Shown here piece after piece: positions 48,017 to 59,200 of a DNA stretch of 64,000 nucleotides. The DNA lies in NCBI GenBank assembly GCA_963665575.2, contig CAXXDW010000002.1:71936-135935 (forward strand), written 5' to 3'. A program made the position numbers and the translations under genes. The stretch comes from Gammaproteobacteria bacterium. GTDB lineage: Bacteria > Pseudomonadota > Gammaproteobacteria > Steroidobacterales > Rariloculaceae. The notes below the pieces were generated by a model. The model was not told the origin of the DNA. It was given only the letters and a program-made list of their open reading frames with translations, and ran no database searches. How positions within the stretch are numbered: position 1 is the first letter of the stretch; every line of letters begins with the position of its first letter.

Positions 48017-48730
48017 ATGCCGATAACGACGACTGAACCTCCCTGGTGGGGCCGTTGGCGCGAAGCCGACGGCGCGACGATCCTGCACGTCGACCTGAGT
48101 GCGGATGCCGGGCGGGAGGTGCTCGCCGTTGCCCTGCTTGACGAGGCGGAGCAGGTGCGCCGGCGCCGCCTGCTCGCGGCCCGCGCCCGGCGCGAGTTCG
48201 CGCTGTGCCGCGCGGCGCTGCGGGTCGTTCTCGCCGAGCGCCTGGGCTGCGACAACCTGCAGCTTTCCTTCGGCTACCTCGAGCACGGCAAACCCTTCGC
48301 GATGGTGGACGGCCTGCGCGCGGCTACGGCGTTCAACGTCAGCCACAGCGGCCGACACGGTCTGATCGCGATCGCCGAGCACAAGCAGGTCGGCGTCGAC
48401 GTGGAGGAGCGCCGTCCGAGAAAGGACCTCGAGGGCATCGGCAGCCTGGTCTTCAGCACGGCCGAGCGGCAGTTGCTGGCGGCGGCCGACGACCGGAACA
48501 AGCGCGAGGTGTTCTACCGGCTCTGGAGCCTCAAGGAAGCGCTGATCAAGGCGATCGGCACGGGCTTTTCGCTGGCTCCGACGGGCATCGAACTCCCGGC
48601 CACGATGTTGCGCGGCGCCAGGTCGGGGGAGTACCGGTTCGCGCATTCGCCTGCGGAGACCTGGAAGCTCGTTGACCTCGGTGAACGACGGTTTGCGGCC
48701 GCGCTGGCCTACCCGGTGACGTTGCCGTAG
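48017..48730 (+). CDS. Sfp-type 4'-phosphopantetheinyl transferase (sup cluster)
   Basis: HGKP, FNVSHSG, VGVDVE, FYRLWSLKEALIKA. Confidence 0.93.
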   Translation: MPITTTEPPWWGRWREADGATILHVDLSADAGREVLAVALLDEAEQVRRRRLLAARARREFALCRAALRVVLAERLGCDNLQLSFGYLEHGKPFAMVDGLRAATAFNVSHSGRHGLIAIAEHKQVGVDVEERRPRKDLEGIGSLVFSTAERQLLAAADDRNKREVFYRLWSLKEALIKAIGTGFSLAPTGIELPATMLRGARSGEYRFAHSPAETWKLVDLGERRFAAALAYPVTLP

Positions 48731-48887
48731 CGATCCGCGGCTGCCCCCCGCGGCTCACTCAACTCCAATCGCTGCAGCGCTTGTGCCCGGAATTGCCCGT
48801 GTCCTACAATCGCCGCGCTATTGTCGCAGCAAAAAACCCGATTTTTTCACTGGCTTGCAATAGCTTTCGTACACGGGGAGTACGTTC

Positions 48888-49118
48888 ATGTCCAATACCG
48901 CAGATCGCCTCGGAACACTCATCAGAGACAATCTCGACCTCGATCACGATCCCGATCTCGACGCGAAATTTTCCGACGTGGCCATCTCGTCGGTTGAAGC
49001 GGTCGCGTTCTTCAAGTTGGTCAACGAGGAATTCAGCCTCGGCCTGGCTGCTGAAGAGTGCCGTCAGTTCGAGACCCTGAGACAACTCGTCGACTTCATC
49101 GACGCACGTGGAGGCTGA
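48888..49118 (+). CDS. Stand-alone acyl carrier protein (sup cluster)
   Basis: 76 aa, acidic, ISSVEAV serine motif, F…TLRQLVDFI. Confidence 0.85.
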   Translation: MSNTADRLGTLIRDNLDLDHDPDLDAKFSDVAISSVEAVAFFKLVNEEFSLGLAAEECRQFETLRQLVDFIDARGG

Positions 49119-49280
49119 GCAGTCTCAGCCACTTCGGGACAACCGTCGCCGCTGCCTTCACGGGCCGTCGAACGGGGCCGTCCCACGCGACATTCGAAGA
49201 CAGACCTCTTCGTCGCCTGACCATGCCGTCGCTGGTGCCGGCCTGAAGGCTGGCGCCGGCCGGTCCACGCGTGTTCGCTC

Positions 49281-50180
49281 GTGAGCACGCAGACCCTCTG
49301 GGAACTCCCCGAACCGCTCGCAACGCTCGAGGTTCGTCTCGACGACAACACCGTCACGACGGTGCGCCGGCACGGCAATCCCCTGGGCCCCCGCCTGGTC
49401 CTGAGCCACGCCAACGGCCTTGCGATCGATCTTTACTATCCCTTCTGGTCGTTGTTCGCCGACGATTTCGACCTCGTCGTCTACGATCTCAGGAATCACG
49501 GCTGGAACGCGGTCGGGCCGCAGCGGGACCACAACATCCCGACGCTGATCCAGGATCAGAATCTGATTCTCGAGTGCGTCGCCGAGACCTGGGGCCATAC
49601 ACGGACCTATGGGATATTTCATTCGGTCTCCACACTCGTGGCCATTCTCGCTGCCACCGAACTGTATTCGGGACTCGTTCTGTTCGACCCGCCCTTGTGC
49701 AAGCCTGCCGCGAACGAATCGGAATTCGACGCGGCGGCCGAGCGCACGGCCGCCATGACACGGCGTCGGAGCGCGACTTTTCGAACGATGTACGAACTCG
49801 TGGAAGTCCTCATGGTCGTCCCCGGCTTCAGCCGTGTCGTTCCCGGCGTGCGCGAGCTCATGGCGAGCACGACGCTTCGCCCACGCCGCGACGGCGACGG
49901 CTACGAACTGCGCTGCCCGCGCGAATACGAAGCCCAGATCAGCGAATACATCCGGGGCTTTGCGCCGTTGCTGGACCTCTCGCTCCTGACCTGCCCGACG
50001 AAGGTCATCGGCGCCGACCCCACGCTGCCGTACGCCTATCTGCCGACCTTCGACCTGAGTCAGGCGACGGCCGTCGACTACGACTTCGTCCCCGAGGCGA
50101 CGCACCTGCTGCAGCTTGAGAAGCCCGGGGAATGCGCGGCGCTCGTCAGGGAGTTTCTGGCAGCAAACGGCGCAGGCTGA
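49281..50180 (+). CDS. Alpha/beta hydrolase (sup cluster)
   Basis: SHANG, YDLRNHG, FHSVS nucleophile-like elbow, HLLQLEKP. Confidence 0.85.
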   Translation: MSTQTLWELPEPLATLEVRLDDNTVTTVRRHGNPLGPRLVLSHANGLAIDLYYPFWSLFADDFDLVVYDLRNHGWNAVGPQRDHNIPTLIQDQNLILECVAETWGHTRTYGIFHSVSTLVAILAATELYSGLVLFDPPLCKPAANESEFDAAAERTAAMTRRRSATFRTMYELVEVLMVVPGFSRVVPGVRELMASTTLRPRRDGDGYELRCPREYEAQISEYIRGFAPLLDLSLLTCPTKVIGADPTLPYAYLPTFDLSQATAVDYDFVPEATHLLQLEKPGECAALVREFLAANGAG

Positions 50181-50290
50181 CGGCGCACGGCCGAAGGCAC
50201 GCCGGCCAAGCCGCGTCCAACTTGGCGAACCGCGAGAGCGCGACGCGAATTACCCCGGCTGGCGACGCTCGATCGGGTTCCGTGCCCGTG

Positions 50291-53200
50291 TCAGCTCACC
50301 GATTTTCGTTCCGGAAGCCAGAAGCGGCGTTGCTGGAACGGATAATCGGGCAGCGCGATCCGCCGCCGCATTTCTCCGGCAAAAAGCTTCTCGAAGGACA
50401 GCGCGTGCCCCGCCTCGTAGGCCGAGGCACAGGCTTGCACCAGGTCCGTATCCGAGTCCGCGAACTGGTCCGGTTCCGCAGCGGCGCCTTCCGGTCGTGG
50501 GAACGCAGCCGATGCCGGGTCGCCGGGCGCGGCCGGCGATCCGGAATGCTCGTATGTGTCGGCGATCGCACTGAGCCGCTCGCGCAGCGAATCGGCATCG
50601 TGAAACACGACGGCGGCGCGATGGCTGAAATGACTGCGCCCCACGGAGGCGGTCCAGGCCATGTCCGAGAGCAGCGCTGCGCCCGCCCCGTCATCGCCAT
50701 CGAGGATGTCCGCCGCCTCGTCGAGCCAGGCCAGGTAGCGCCGCGCGAGCGCACGGAGCGCTTCGCCGGATTTGGCGGACAACGGCAGGAGCCGCTTGTC
50801 CTGCGGCTCACTCCCGTCCTCGCGCGGGGGCGATTCCGCACCTGTGCCCGGCGCTGCGCCGGCACCCGGTACGGCACCCGCACGCGGCACGGTGCCCGCG
50901 CCCGACACGGCACCTGCACGCGCACCCGGCGCTGCACCCGCACCCGGCGCTGCACCTGCACCCAGCACGGCACCTGCACGCGATACGGCACCCGCATCCG
51001 GTACGGACGGCGCGACGAGGCGCGCATTGCCGGCGGGAGGCCGCCAGCCGTTGCCGCCGGCAATGCCCTCGGCCACGCTGGCGCCGTCGGTCATGGCAGC
51101 GTCGCCCGTTTCGGTGGCCCGGTCGGCGCCGGCAGTTCGTTCAGCCCCGGTCGTTGGATCCGTCGAGGCAGCTCGGTCGGCCCCGGTCGTTGGATCCGTC
51201 GAGGCAGCTCGGTCGGTCCCGGTCGTTGGATTCGTCGGCGCGGCCCGGTCCGCCTCGGCATAGCCCTCGATGACGACGTGGGCGTTCACGCCCGATATCC
51301 CGAACGCACTGACACCGGCTCGCGGCGGCCGGCCGGGCACTTGCGGCCAGGCGGCCGGCTCCGACACCACTCTGAGCGGTAGCCGCTCCCAATCGACGAG
51401 CGTACTCGGGTCGCGAAAATGCAGTTGCCGCGGGATCGCGCCGTGGCGCATCGCGAGTACGGCCTTGATCAGGCTCGCGATTCCGGCCGCCGACTCGAGA
51501 TGACCGATGTTGGTCTTGACCGAACCCACGAGTAGCGGATGGTCCGCATCGCGTCCCTTGCCGTAGGCCGCGGCCGCGGCCTGCAGTTCGATGGGATCGC
51601 CGAACGCGGAGCCCGCGCCGTGGGCCTCGAGGTAGTCCACTTCCGCCGGCGCGACGCCCGCCTGCGACAGGGCGCGCTCGATGACCCTTTCCTGGGCCGG
51701 ACCGTTCGGAACGGTTGCACCGGCCGTGGCCCCGTTCTGGTTGACCGCCGAGCCGCGGATCACGGCCCAGACGCGGTCGCCGTCGGCCTCGGCGTCGGCA
51801 AGCCGTTTCAGCACGATCATCCCGCAGCCTTCGCCGCGCACGAAGCCGTTCGCGCCGGCATCGAAGGTCCGGCAGGCGCCCTCGTTCGACAGCATCCCGA
51901 GGTCCGCCATTTCCCGTGTGATCCCCGCCGAGAGCACCGCGCTCGCGCCGCCGACGAGCGCCATGTCCGCTTCGCCGAGGCAGAGCCCCATGACGGCCTG
52001 GTGCACGGCCACCAGCGACGAGGCGCAGTTCAGTTCCACGGGCATGCTGGGTCCGGCGAGGCCGAAGCGATACGCGAGCCGGCCTGCCGCCATGCTCGCG
52101 GCGGTGGCGAGATAACCGATGCCGTAGTCACCGCGCTTCATGAGGTCGCGGTATTCGCTCGTCGCGATGCCGATATAGACGCCGGTGAGGCTGCCCTTGA
52201 GCCCGTCGGGATCGAGCCCGGCGTCCTCGAACGCCCGCCAGCTCGTCTCGAGCAGCATGCGTTGCTGTGGATCGATGAGCCGCGCCTCGATCGGAGCGAT
52301 GCCGAAGAAGCGCGCATCGAAGCGGTCGATGCCCTCGACGAAACCGGCCCGGCGATAGGCGGCGTAGTGGCCGCTCAGTTCGTTGAGGTAGTCGTCGCGA
52401 ATACCCGATTCCTGGCGCTGCGCGCTCACGGCATCGTAACCGGCACCGAGCTGGCGCCAGAACGAGGGCAGGTCGGGCGCGCCGGGGAAGCGGCATGCCA
52501 TGCCGATGACGGCGATGGCGTTGTCGGCGATGGCGTTGTCGGCGATGGCCTGGCCCGGCGCCGCTGCCATGAATTGCGGCGCGGGTTGCGCCACGGATTG
52601 CGGCACGGGTTGCGCGATGGCTTGAGGAGTGCCGGAGGGAGCGCCGGCTGGGGCGGCAACAGGAGCCACAGCAGGACCGGCAGCAGGAGCCGCCGCAGGA
52701 CCGGCAGCACGAGCGCCGGCGGAAACGGTGGCCGGAGCCGTAGCAGTGCCGGAGGCAACAGCGCCTGCAACGGCAGCGCCCGCAGCGTCTCCGCCGGCCA
52801 GGTCGGCCAGTTCGGTCGCGAGGTGGCCCGCGAGCGCGGCGATGTCCGGGTAGTCGAACACGACCGTGTTCGAGGCCGTGTAGGCGCCGGCGAACGCGCG
52901 GTTCAGCCGGTTGCGCAATTCCACGGCCATGAGCGAGTCCATGCCGAGATCGAAAAAGCCCACCGTCGGCGCGGGCGTCGACGGCAGCCTCAGCACGGCC
53001 TTGACTTCCTCCTGCAGGAACGACACGAGCACTTCGGTGCGCGCCGCCTCGGGCGCGCTCTGCAGGCGCGACTGCAGGTCCTCGCCGGAGGCCCCGTCCG
53101 CCTCGTCGTCCTGGCCTTCGGCCAGCAGATCCTCGAGCAGCGGTGGGCGGTTCTCGAGCGACTCGCCGAACGCGACCCAGTCGCGCGTGACCACGACGCT

Positions 53201-56200
53201 GGTCGTGGCATCGTCGCGCACGAGCCGGTCGAAGGCCCTCAGGCCCTGTTGGGGAGTGATCCACTCGATCCCGCCGCTTGCCGAGCGCCGGCTCATCCGC
53301 TCGCGCTGTTCCTCGGCTTCGCCGATTTCCGACCACGCGCCCCAGGCGATGGCCTGGCCCGCGAGCCCGAGCGCGCGCCTGTGCGCTGCGAGTTGGTCGA
53401 GGAAGGCATTGGCCGCGGCGTGGTTCGATTGCCCGGGATTGCCGAGCACGCCCGCGACGCTCGAGAAGAGCACGAACATGTCGAGGTCGCGGTCGACGGT
53501 CGCGCGGTGAAGCTGCCAGGCGCCGAGCACCTTCGGCCAAAGCACCGTCTCGAAGCTCTCCCAGGTCTGGTTGCCGATCGCGGCATCGGCCAGCACGCCG
53601 ACGCTGTGAATGACGCCGCCGAGCGGCGGCAGGCTCGCATCCATTCGCTCGAACATGGCGTCGAGCGCGGCCGGGTCCGTGACGTCCGCAAGTTCCACCT
53701 GCACCGTGGCTCCGCGCCCGCGCAACGCCTCGAGCGCGGCTTCGGCCTCGGCGTCCGGAGCCCGCCGGCCGTTGAGCACGATGACGCCCGCGCCGCGCTC
53801 GGCGAGCCAGCCGGCCACGGCAATCCCGATGCCGCCGAGTCCACCGGTTACGAGGTAGCTGCGGTCGTCGCGAAGCTCTCCCCGGGCGAGCGGCGAGTTG
53901 GTCAGGACGATCTTGCCGATGTGCCGGGCTGCCCGCATGCACTTGATCGCCGCGGAGGTCTCGGCCAACGGCCAGCGCGCGTGGCGCAACGGTTGCAGTG
54001 TGCCGTCGGCCAACTGGGCGAGCACGCGGCGCAGGATGACTCCGGCATGGGCCGGGTCGTCTTCCTTGAGCGCATCGATCGCGAGAATGTCGTAGGACAG
54101 GTCCGGACGAGCCGCCGTCATCTGCTCCTCGCTGAGGATGTCGACGCGCGACATCTCTATGAAGCGTCCGCCCTCGGCGAGGCAGGCGAGGCTCGCATCG
54201 ATGAAGCCTTCGGTCGTCAGGCTGTTGAGAACGACGTCGACGCCGGCGCCGACCGTGATACCGAGAATCTGCTCGCTGAACGCGGTCGTTCGGCTGTCGA
54301 ACACGTGCTCAACGCCGAGCGAGCGCAGGTAGTCGCGCTTGCGCGCGCTTGCGGTCGCGAACACCTCGGCGCCCGCGGCCCGGGCCAACTGGATCGCCGC
54401 GAGCCCAACGCCGCCGGCGCCCGCGTGGATGAGCACCCGGTCGCCGGACTTGAGATCCGCAAGGTCGAACGACAGTGCCGCGGATACGAAGGCCGTCGGA
54501 ATCGTTGCAAGCTCGCTGACCGGGAACGCGTCCGGGGCGGGCGCCACCATCGCTTCGAGAGTCACGGTCTCCGACGCAAAGCCGCGGAACGTCAGTCCGA
54601 CGACGCGCTCGCCGACGGCGACGCTGTTGACGGCCTCGCCGACCTCGAGCACGCGGCCGCAGAACTCGCCGCCCATGAAGTCGTCGACGAGCCCGATGGC
54701 GATGAATACGTCGCGGAAATTCAGCCCGAAGGCCTCGATCGACGCGCGGATCTGGGTCGGTTCGAGTTCGTGCTCAGGCAGGGGTTCCACCGTGATGGCT
54801 TCGAGCGAACCTCCGGCATCGGGCTTGAGCGCCCAACCGGGCTCGTCCGGCAGGGCGAGCCGGTCGGTTACCGCCGCGGCGCGGACCAGCCGCGCGCACT
54901 GGCGGCGGCCGAAGCGCCAGGCGATGTGGGTTTCCTCGTCAGGGTAGAGAAGCTCGTCCGCGAGTTCGGCTGCGGCTATGTCGTCGGCCGGGTCGAGATC
55001 GAACATCCTCGGCTGAAACTGCGGCAGCTCCCTGGCCGCGACCTTGCCGAGACCCCAGAGCGTGGCGCCGGCGAGCTCTCCACCGCGCTCGCGTTCGAGC
55101 ACCTGGGCGCCGCGCGTGACGTACCAGAGGCCTTTCGCGGGAACGTGGTCGCTCTCGGCGAGCGCCTGCGTCAACGCGAGCGCGCCCGCCGCGGTCCGCC
55201 GCGTGTCCGTGGCCATTTCCTGCGTGGAAGCCTCGGCGCCGTGCCCGTCCAGCCCCGCGAGATGGACGATGCCGGCGAGCGGCGGTTCCGCCGGAAGTTC
55301 GTCGAACAGGGATGTCCACGATTCGCGCCGCTCCGTCTCGACGAAGGCCTCGACGATGCGCTCGTGGTGCGCCGCCGTCGGGCGGCTGCCTAGCGCCGCG
55401 TTGGCGCCTGCAAGCAGCACCGTCTGGTTGCGCTCGGCCAGGTGCTCGGCCAGCCGGGCCGCCACGCCGCCGCGATCGGCGGCCACCAGCCAGACGCCGG
55501 CTTCCTCGGTCACCTCCGCCGGTCCCTGCGCGACGATGACGCCGCGATCGGGGTTGGCGTTGGGGTCGGACTCGTCGAAACCGAGGATCGCGATGTCCCC
55601 GAAGCCCGCGTCTTCGAGCGCCCGGCGCCAGACGGGCGGCGTCGCGAGTGCATGGTGCGCGCGGTAGTCGTCGGCGAAACGCCACCAGCCGTCGAGCTGC
55701 CCGAACGTCAGGTCGAGCCAGCCCTGGCCGCGCAGGTTCTCAAGTGCGACGACCTGGCCCGACGGCGCGAGCAGCGTCAGGCAGTGCGCCAGCGTCTCGT
55801 TCAGGTAGCGCGTGGCGTGCAGGACGTTGGAGGCGATGACGAGATCGTAGCCGTGGCGATCGAAGCCCTGTTCGATGGGGTCCTTCTCGATGTCGAGCAC
55901 GCGGTAGTCGATCGACGCCTCGGCGCCGCCGAAGCGCGCTTCGGCTTCGGCAAAGAAACCGGCGGAGATGTCCGTATAGACGAAGTCGTAGCGGCCTTCG
56001 GGCAGTTCCGGGAGGATGGCCGCAGTTGCCGAACCCGTGCCTGCGCCGACCTCGATGATTCTGAGCTTTCGGCTGGCGGGCAGCGAGGCGAGCAGCGTTG
56101 CCGTCGCATCGGCGAGCAGCCGGTTGGCGGCGCGGGCCACGGGCGCCTTGAGGTAGAGATCCGCGGCCGTCGGTTCGCCGCTGCTGAAGAGCAGCGTCAG

Positions 56201-59200
56201 CGGGTCCATGCGGCCCTGGAGCACGTCGGGAAGCGCCGCGGCGCTGCGCCGGAACAAACCGATTTCGGTCGTTCCGTGCGCATACAGTCCCGCCATCCGG
56301 GCGGCTTCGGCATCCGGGTCCGCCGCGAGCCCGTCGGGGAACGGCTCACCCGACGCGACAACGACCCTGAACCCGTCGCCGTTTGCTTCGAGCACGCCGG
56401 CACGCGCGCACATTTCGAGCAGCCGCCGAAATACGCGCACGTGCTCGTCGCCTACCTCGAGACTCTTTCGCAGCGTTTCCGAATCCACGACCTCGCCGGC
56501 GACGCGCTGCCAGCCGAGCGTGTCGAGCGTCGCAAGCGCGTAGGCGAGCGACAGTTGTTCGAGATCGGCGAGCAACGCCGCGCGGTCCGCAGGGTCGACG
56601 CCCTCGTCGGCGACGTACTGCGGGAAGAGATTCGTGCTTGCCCGAATCTCGGCGGGCGGCGTCAGGAAATCGGCGGGCAGCACGCCCGGCTCGCGGGCGC
56701 CGTCTTGCCAGACGAGTTCGTAGAGCAGCGGGTCGATGCCTTCCACGGCCGAGAGCAGCGCCGCGCGTGTCGCACGCTTCACGGCGAAGCCTTCGATCTC
56801 CCCGACAAGCGCACCGTTCGGGCCGAGCAGCCGCAGGTCGGCGGTCCGGACCTCCGGCGCCGCGTCGCCGCGGATGTCCGCCGCGTCGCCACCCGGCGTC
56901 TCGCGCATTCGCACATGACAGACGAGCTTCTCCGGCAGGCTGTCCGCGAGCCAGAGCCGCTCCCAGGCAAACGGCAACCAGGTGATGCCCGCGTCGTCGC
57001 CGTCCGGGTTGCGGGCGGCGCCCATGGCCTGGAAGCAGCCGTCGAGCAGGAGCGGGTGAACGTCGAGCGGACCTCGTTCGAGACCGGCCGGCAGCGCCAC
57101 CGCGGCGACCGCCTCGCCCTGCCTCGCCACGAGACTTTCAAGAGTGCGGAAGGCGGGACCCAGATCGATGCCGACCGTGGTCTTGGCCTGGTAGTAGGCG
57201 GCGATGTCGACGGGCGCGAGCCCGGCCTTGAGGCCCTCGACATCGGTCGGTGGTGCAGACGTCGGCGCGGCGGACGGGTCTGCCGAGATGCGGCCCTCCC
57301 CGTGCAGCGTCCAGCCGTTCTCGCCGTCGCCCCGGCTCAGGATGCGGACTCGTGGACCGCCGCCGTCGCTGCCATCGTCGATCAGAACCTGCACGCGACG
57401 GCCGGGTTCCGCGCCGCCGTCGACGAGTCCCGTCCCGCCGTCGACGACACCCGCGCCGCCGCCGTCCGCGCCGCTGTCCGCGAACACCAGCGCGCTTTGC
57501 ATCTGGAAATCCTTGACGACAGCCGCATCTCCGCCCTCGGCGAGCGAGGCCGCGGCCGCCATGGCGCCGTAGAGCGCCCCTGGCGCGATGAGCCGGCCGA
57601 AGACGCGGTGGTCGGCGAGCCATTCGGGATCGGAGGGGAACAGCTCGGTGTCGAACACGATCTCGCCGCTCGCCGATTCGTGGCGCGTGCCGAGCAAGGG
57701 GTGACCGGCGCCGAGCCGGCGTCCCCGCGGCGGCCTGACCCAGTGGACCTCTCGCTGGAAGGGATAAGCCGGCAGCGCGATCCGCCGCCGCGCCTCGCCC
57801 GCGAAGAGCCCCTCGAAGGCGAGCGCAAGCCCCGCCTCCCAAGCGCCGGCGGCCGCCTCGATGAAGCCGCCGCCGGTTCCGGGCGCGGGCGGTTGCTCGT
57901 CCTTCGAGGGCCGGTGCAGGCTCGAGACGATGGCGGGCACGGCGCCGCCGCCTTCCGGCCAGGACAGGGCCAGCATCGGGCCGAGCACGGCGTGAGGGCC
58001 GATTTCGACGACGGCATCGACCCCGAACTTGGCGAGCGTCTCGATGCAGGCGCGAAACGCCACCGGTTCGCGCGCCTGACGACGCCAGTAGATCGCATCG
58101 GGCGCTTCGCCGGCTGCAAGGAGTTCGCCGCTCAGGTTGCTGACGAAGGGCAGGGCCGGGGGTTCGAACGCGATTCTTGCAAGCGCAGCCTCCAGATCGC
58201 CGAGCGCCGGCTCGATCATGGCGCTGTGGTAGGCCGGGCTCTTGCGCAGCCGCGCGACGCGAACCTCGTCGGCCTCGAACCTTGCGAGAAGCGTTTCGAT
58301 GTCCGCCGCGGGCCCGCTCACGACCTGGTGGGCGCCGTTGTCCGCAGCAACGCTCACGCCGGGTCCGGCCGAAGCGGCATTGTGCTCCGCCACGGCCTCG
58401 GCAACGAGCACGGGTCGGGCGAATATGGCCGCCATTGCGCCTTCGCCGGGCAATGCACCGATAAGGTCGCCGCGCGCGGCCGCGAATCGGAGACCGTCCT
58501 CGAGGCTGAACACTCCGGAAGCCTCCGCGACGGCGATTTCGCCGAGGCTGTGGCCGAGCACGATGTCCGGCCGCACCCCGACGCTCGTCCAGAGGGCCGT
58601 GAGCGCACACTCGAGCGCGTAGATCGCCGGTTGCTTCCAGCGCGGGTCGTCGAGGTCGGCGACAGCGTCGTGCCGGCCGAACATGACGTCGAGCAGGGAG
58701 GCGCCGTCTCGGTCCTCGGCCAGCAGCGCATCGCAGCGGTCGAGCACCGCACGCACGATCGGCTCGCTCGCATAAAGTGCCGCGCCCATGCCGGGCCACT
58801 GGCTCGCCTGTCCCGTGTAGACGAACGCGACCTTCCTGCGCTCGCGTGCCGTGGCGCCGGCGGTCTCGCCCACGAGTGCGCCGAGGCTCGTGCGCAACGA
58901 ATCCGCGTCGCGGAATACGACGCCTGCACGGTGGTCGAAATGGCTGCGGCCGACGGCGGCCGTGAAAGCCATGTCTGACAGCAAAGCATCGGACATGGCC
59001 CCGTCGGCAAGCGCGTCCGCCCGCTCGTCGAGCCATTCGAGGTAGCGTGCCGCGAGTTCCCCGAGCGCCGTGTCGGACTTGGCGGAAAGCGGCAGGAAAC
59101 GGGCTGCGCGCGGGTCCAGGCCGGCCCCGGCCGGCGCCGATGCGCCGACCGATTCGGGCAGGTCGACGGCGATGGGTCGCGGTGATCCGGCGGTACGCAG

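Noticed and set aside
51539-58978. Long + strand ORFs of 1284 aa and 1178 aa (also 2437-4785, 8954-11134, 18690-20474, 42013-43380)
   Set aside because: Antisense shadows of well-supported genes in high-GC DNA, with no recognisable motifs.
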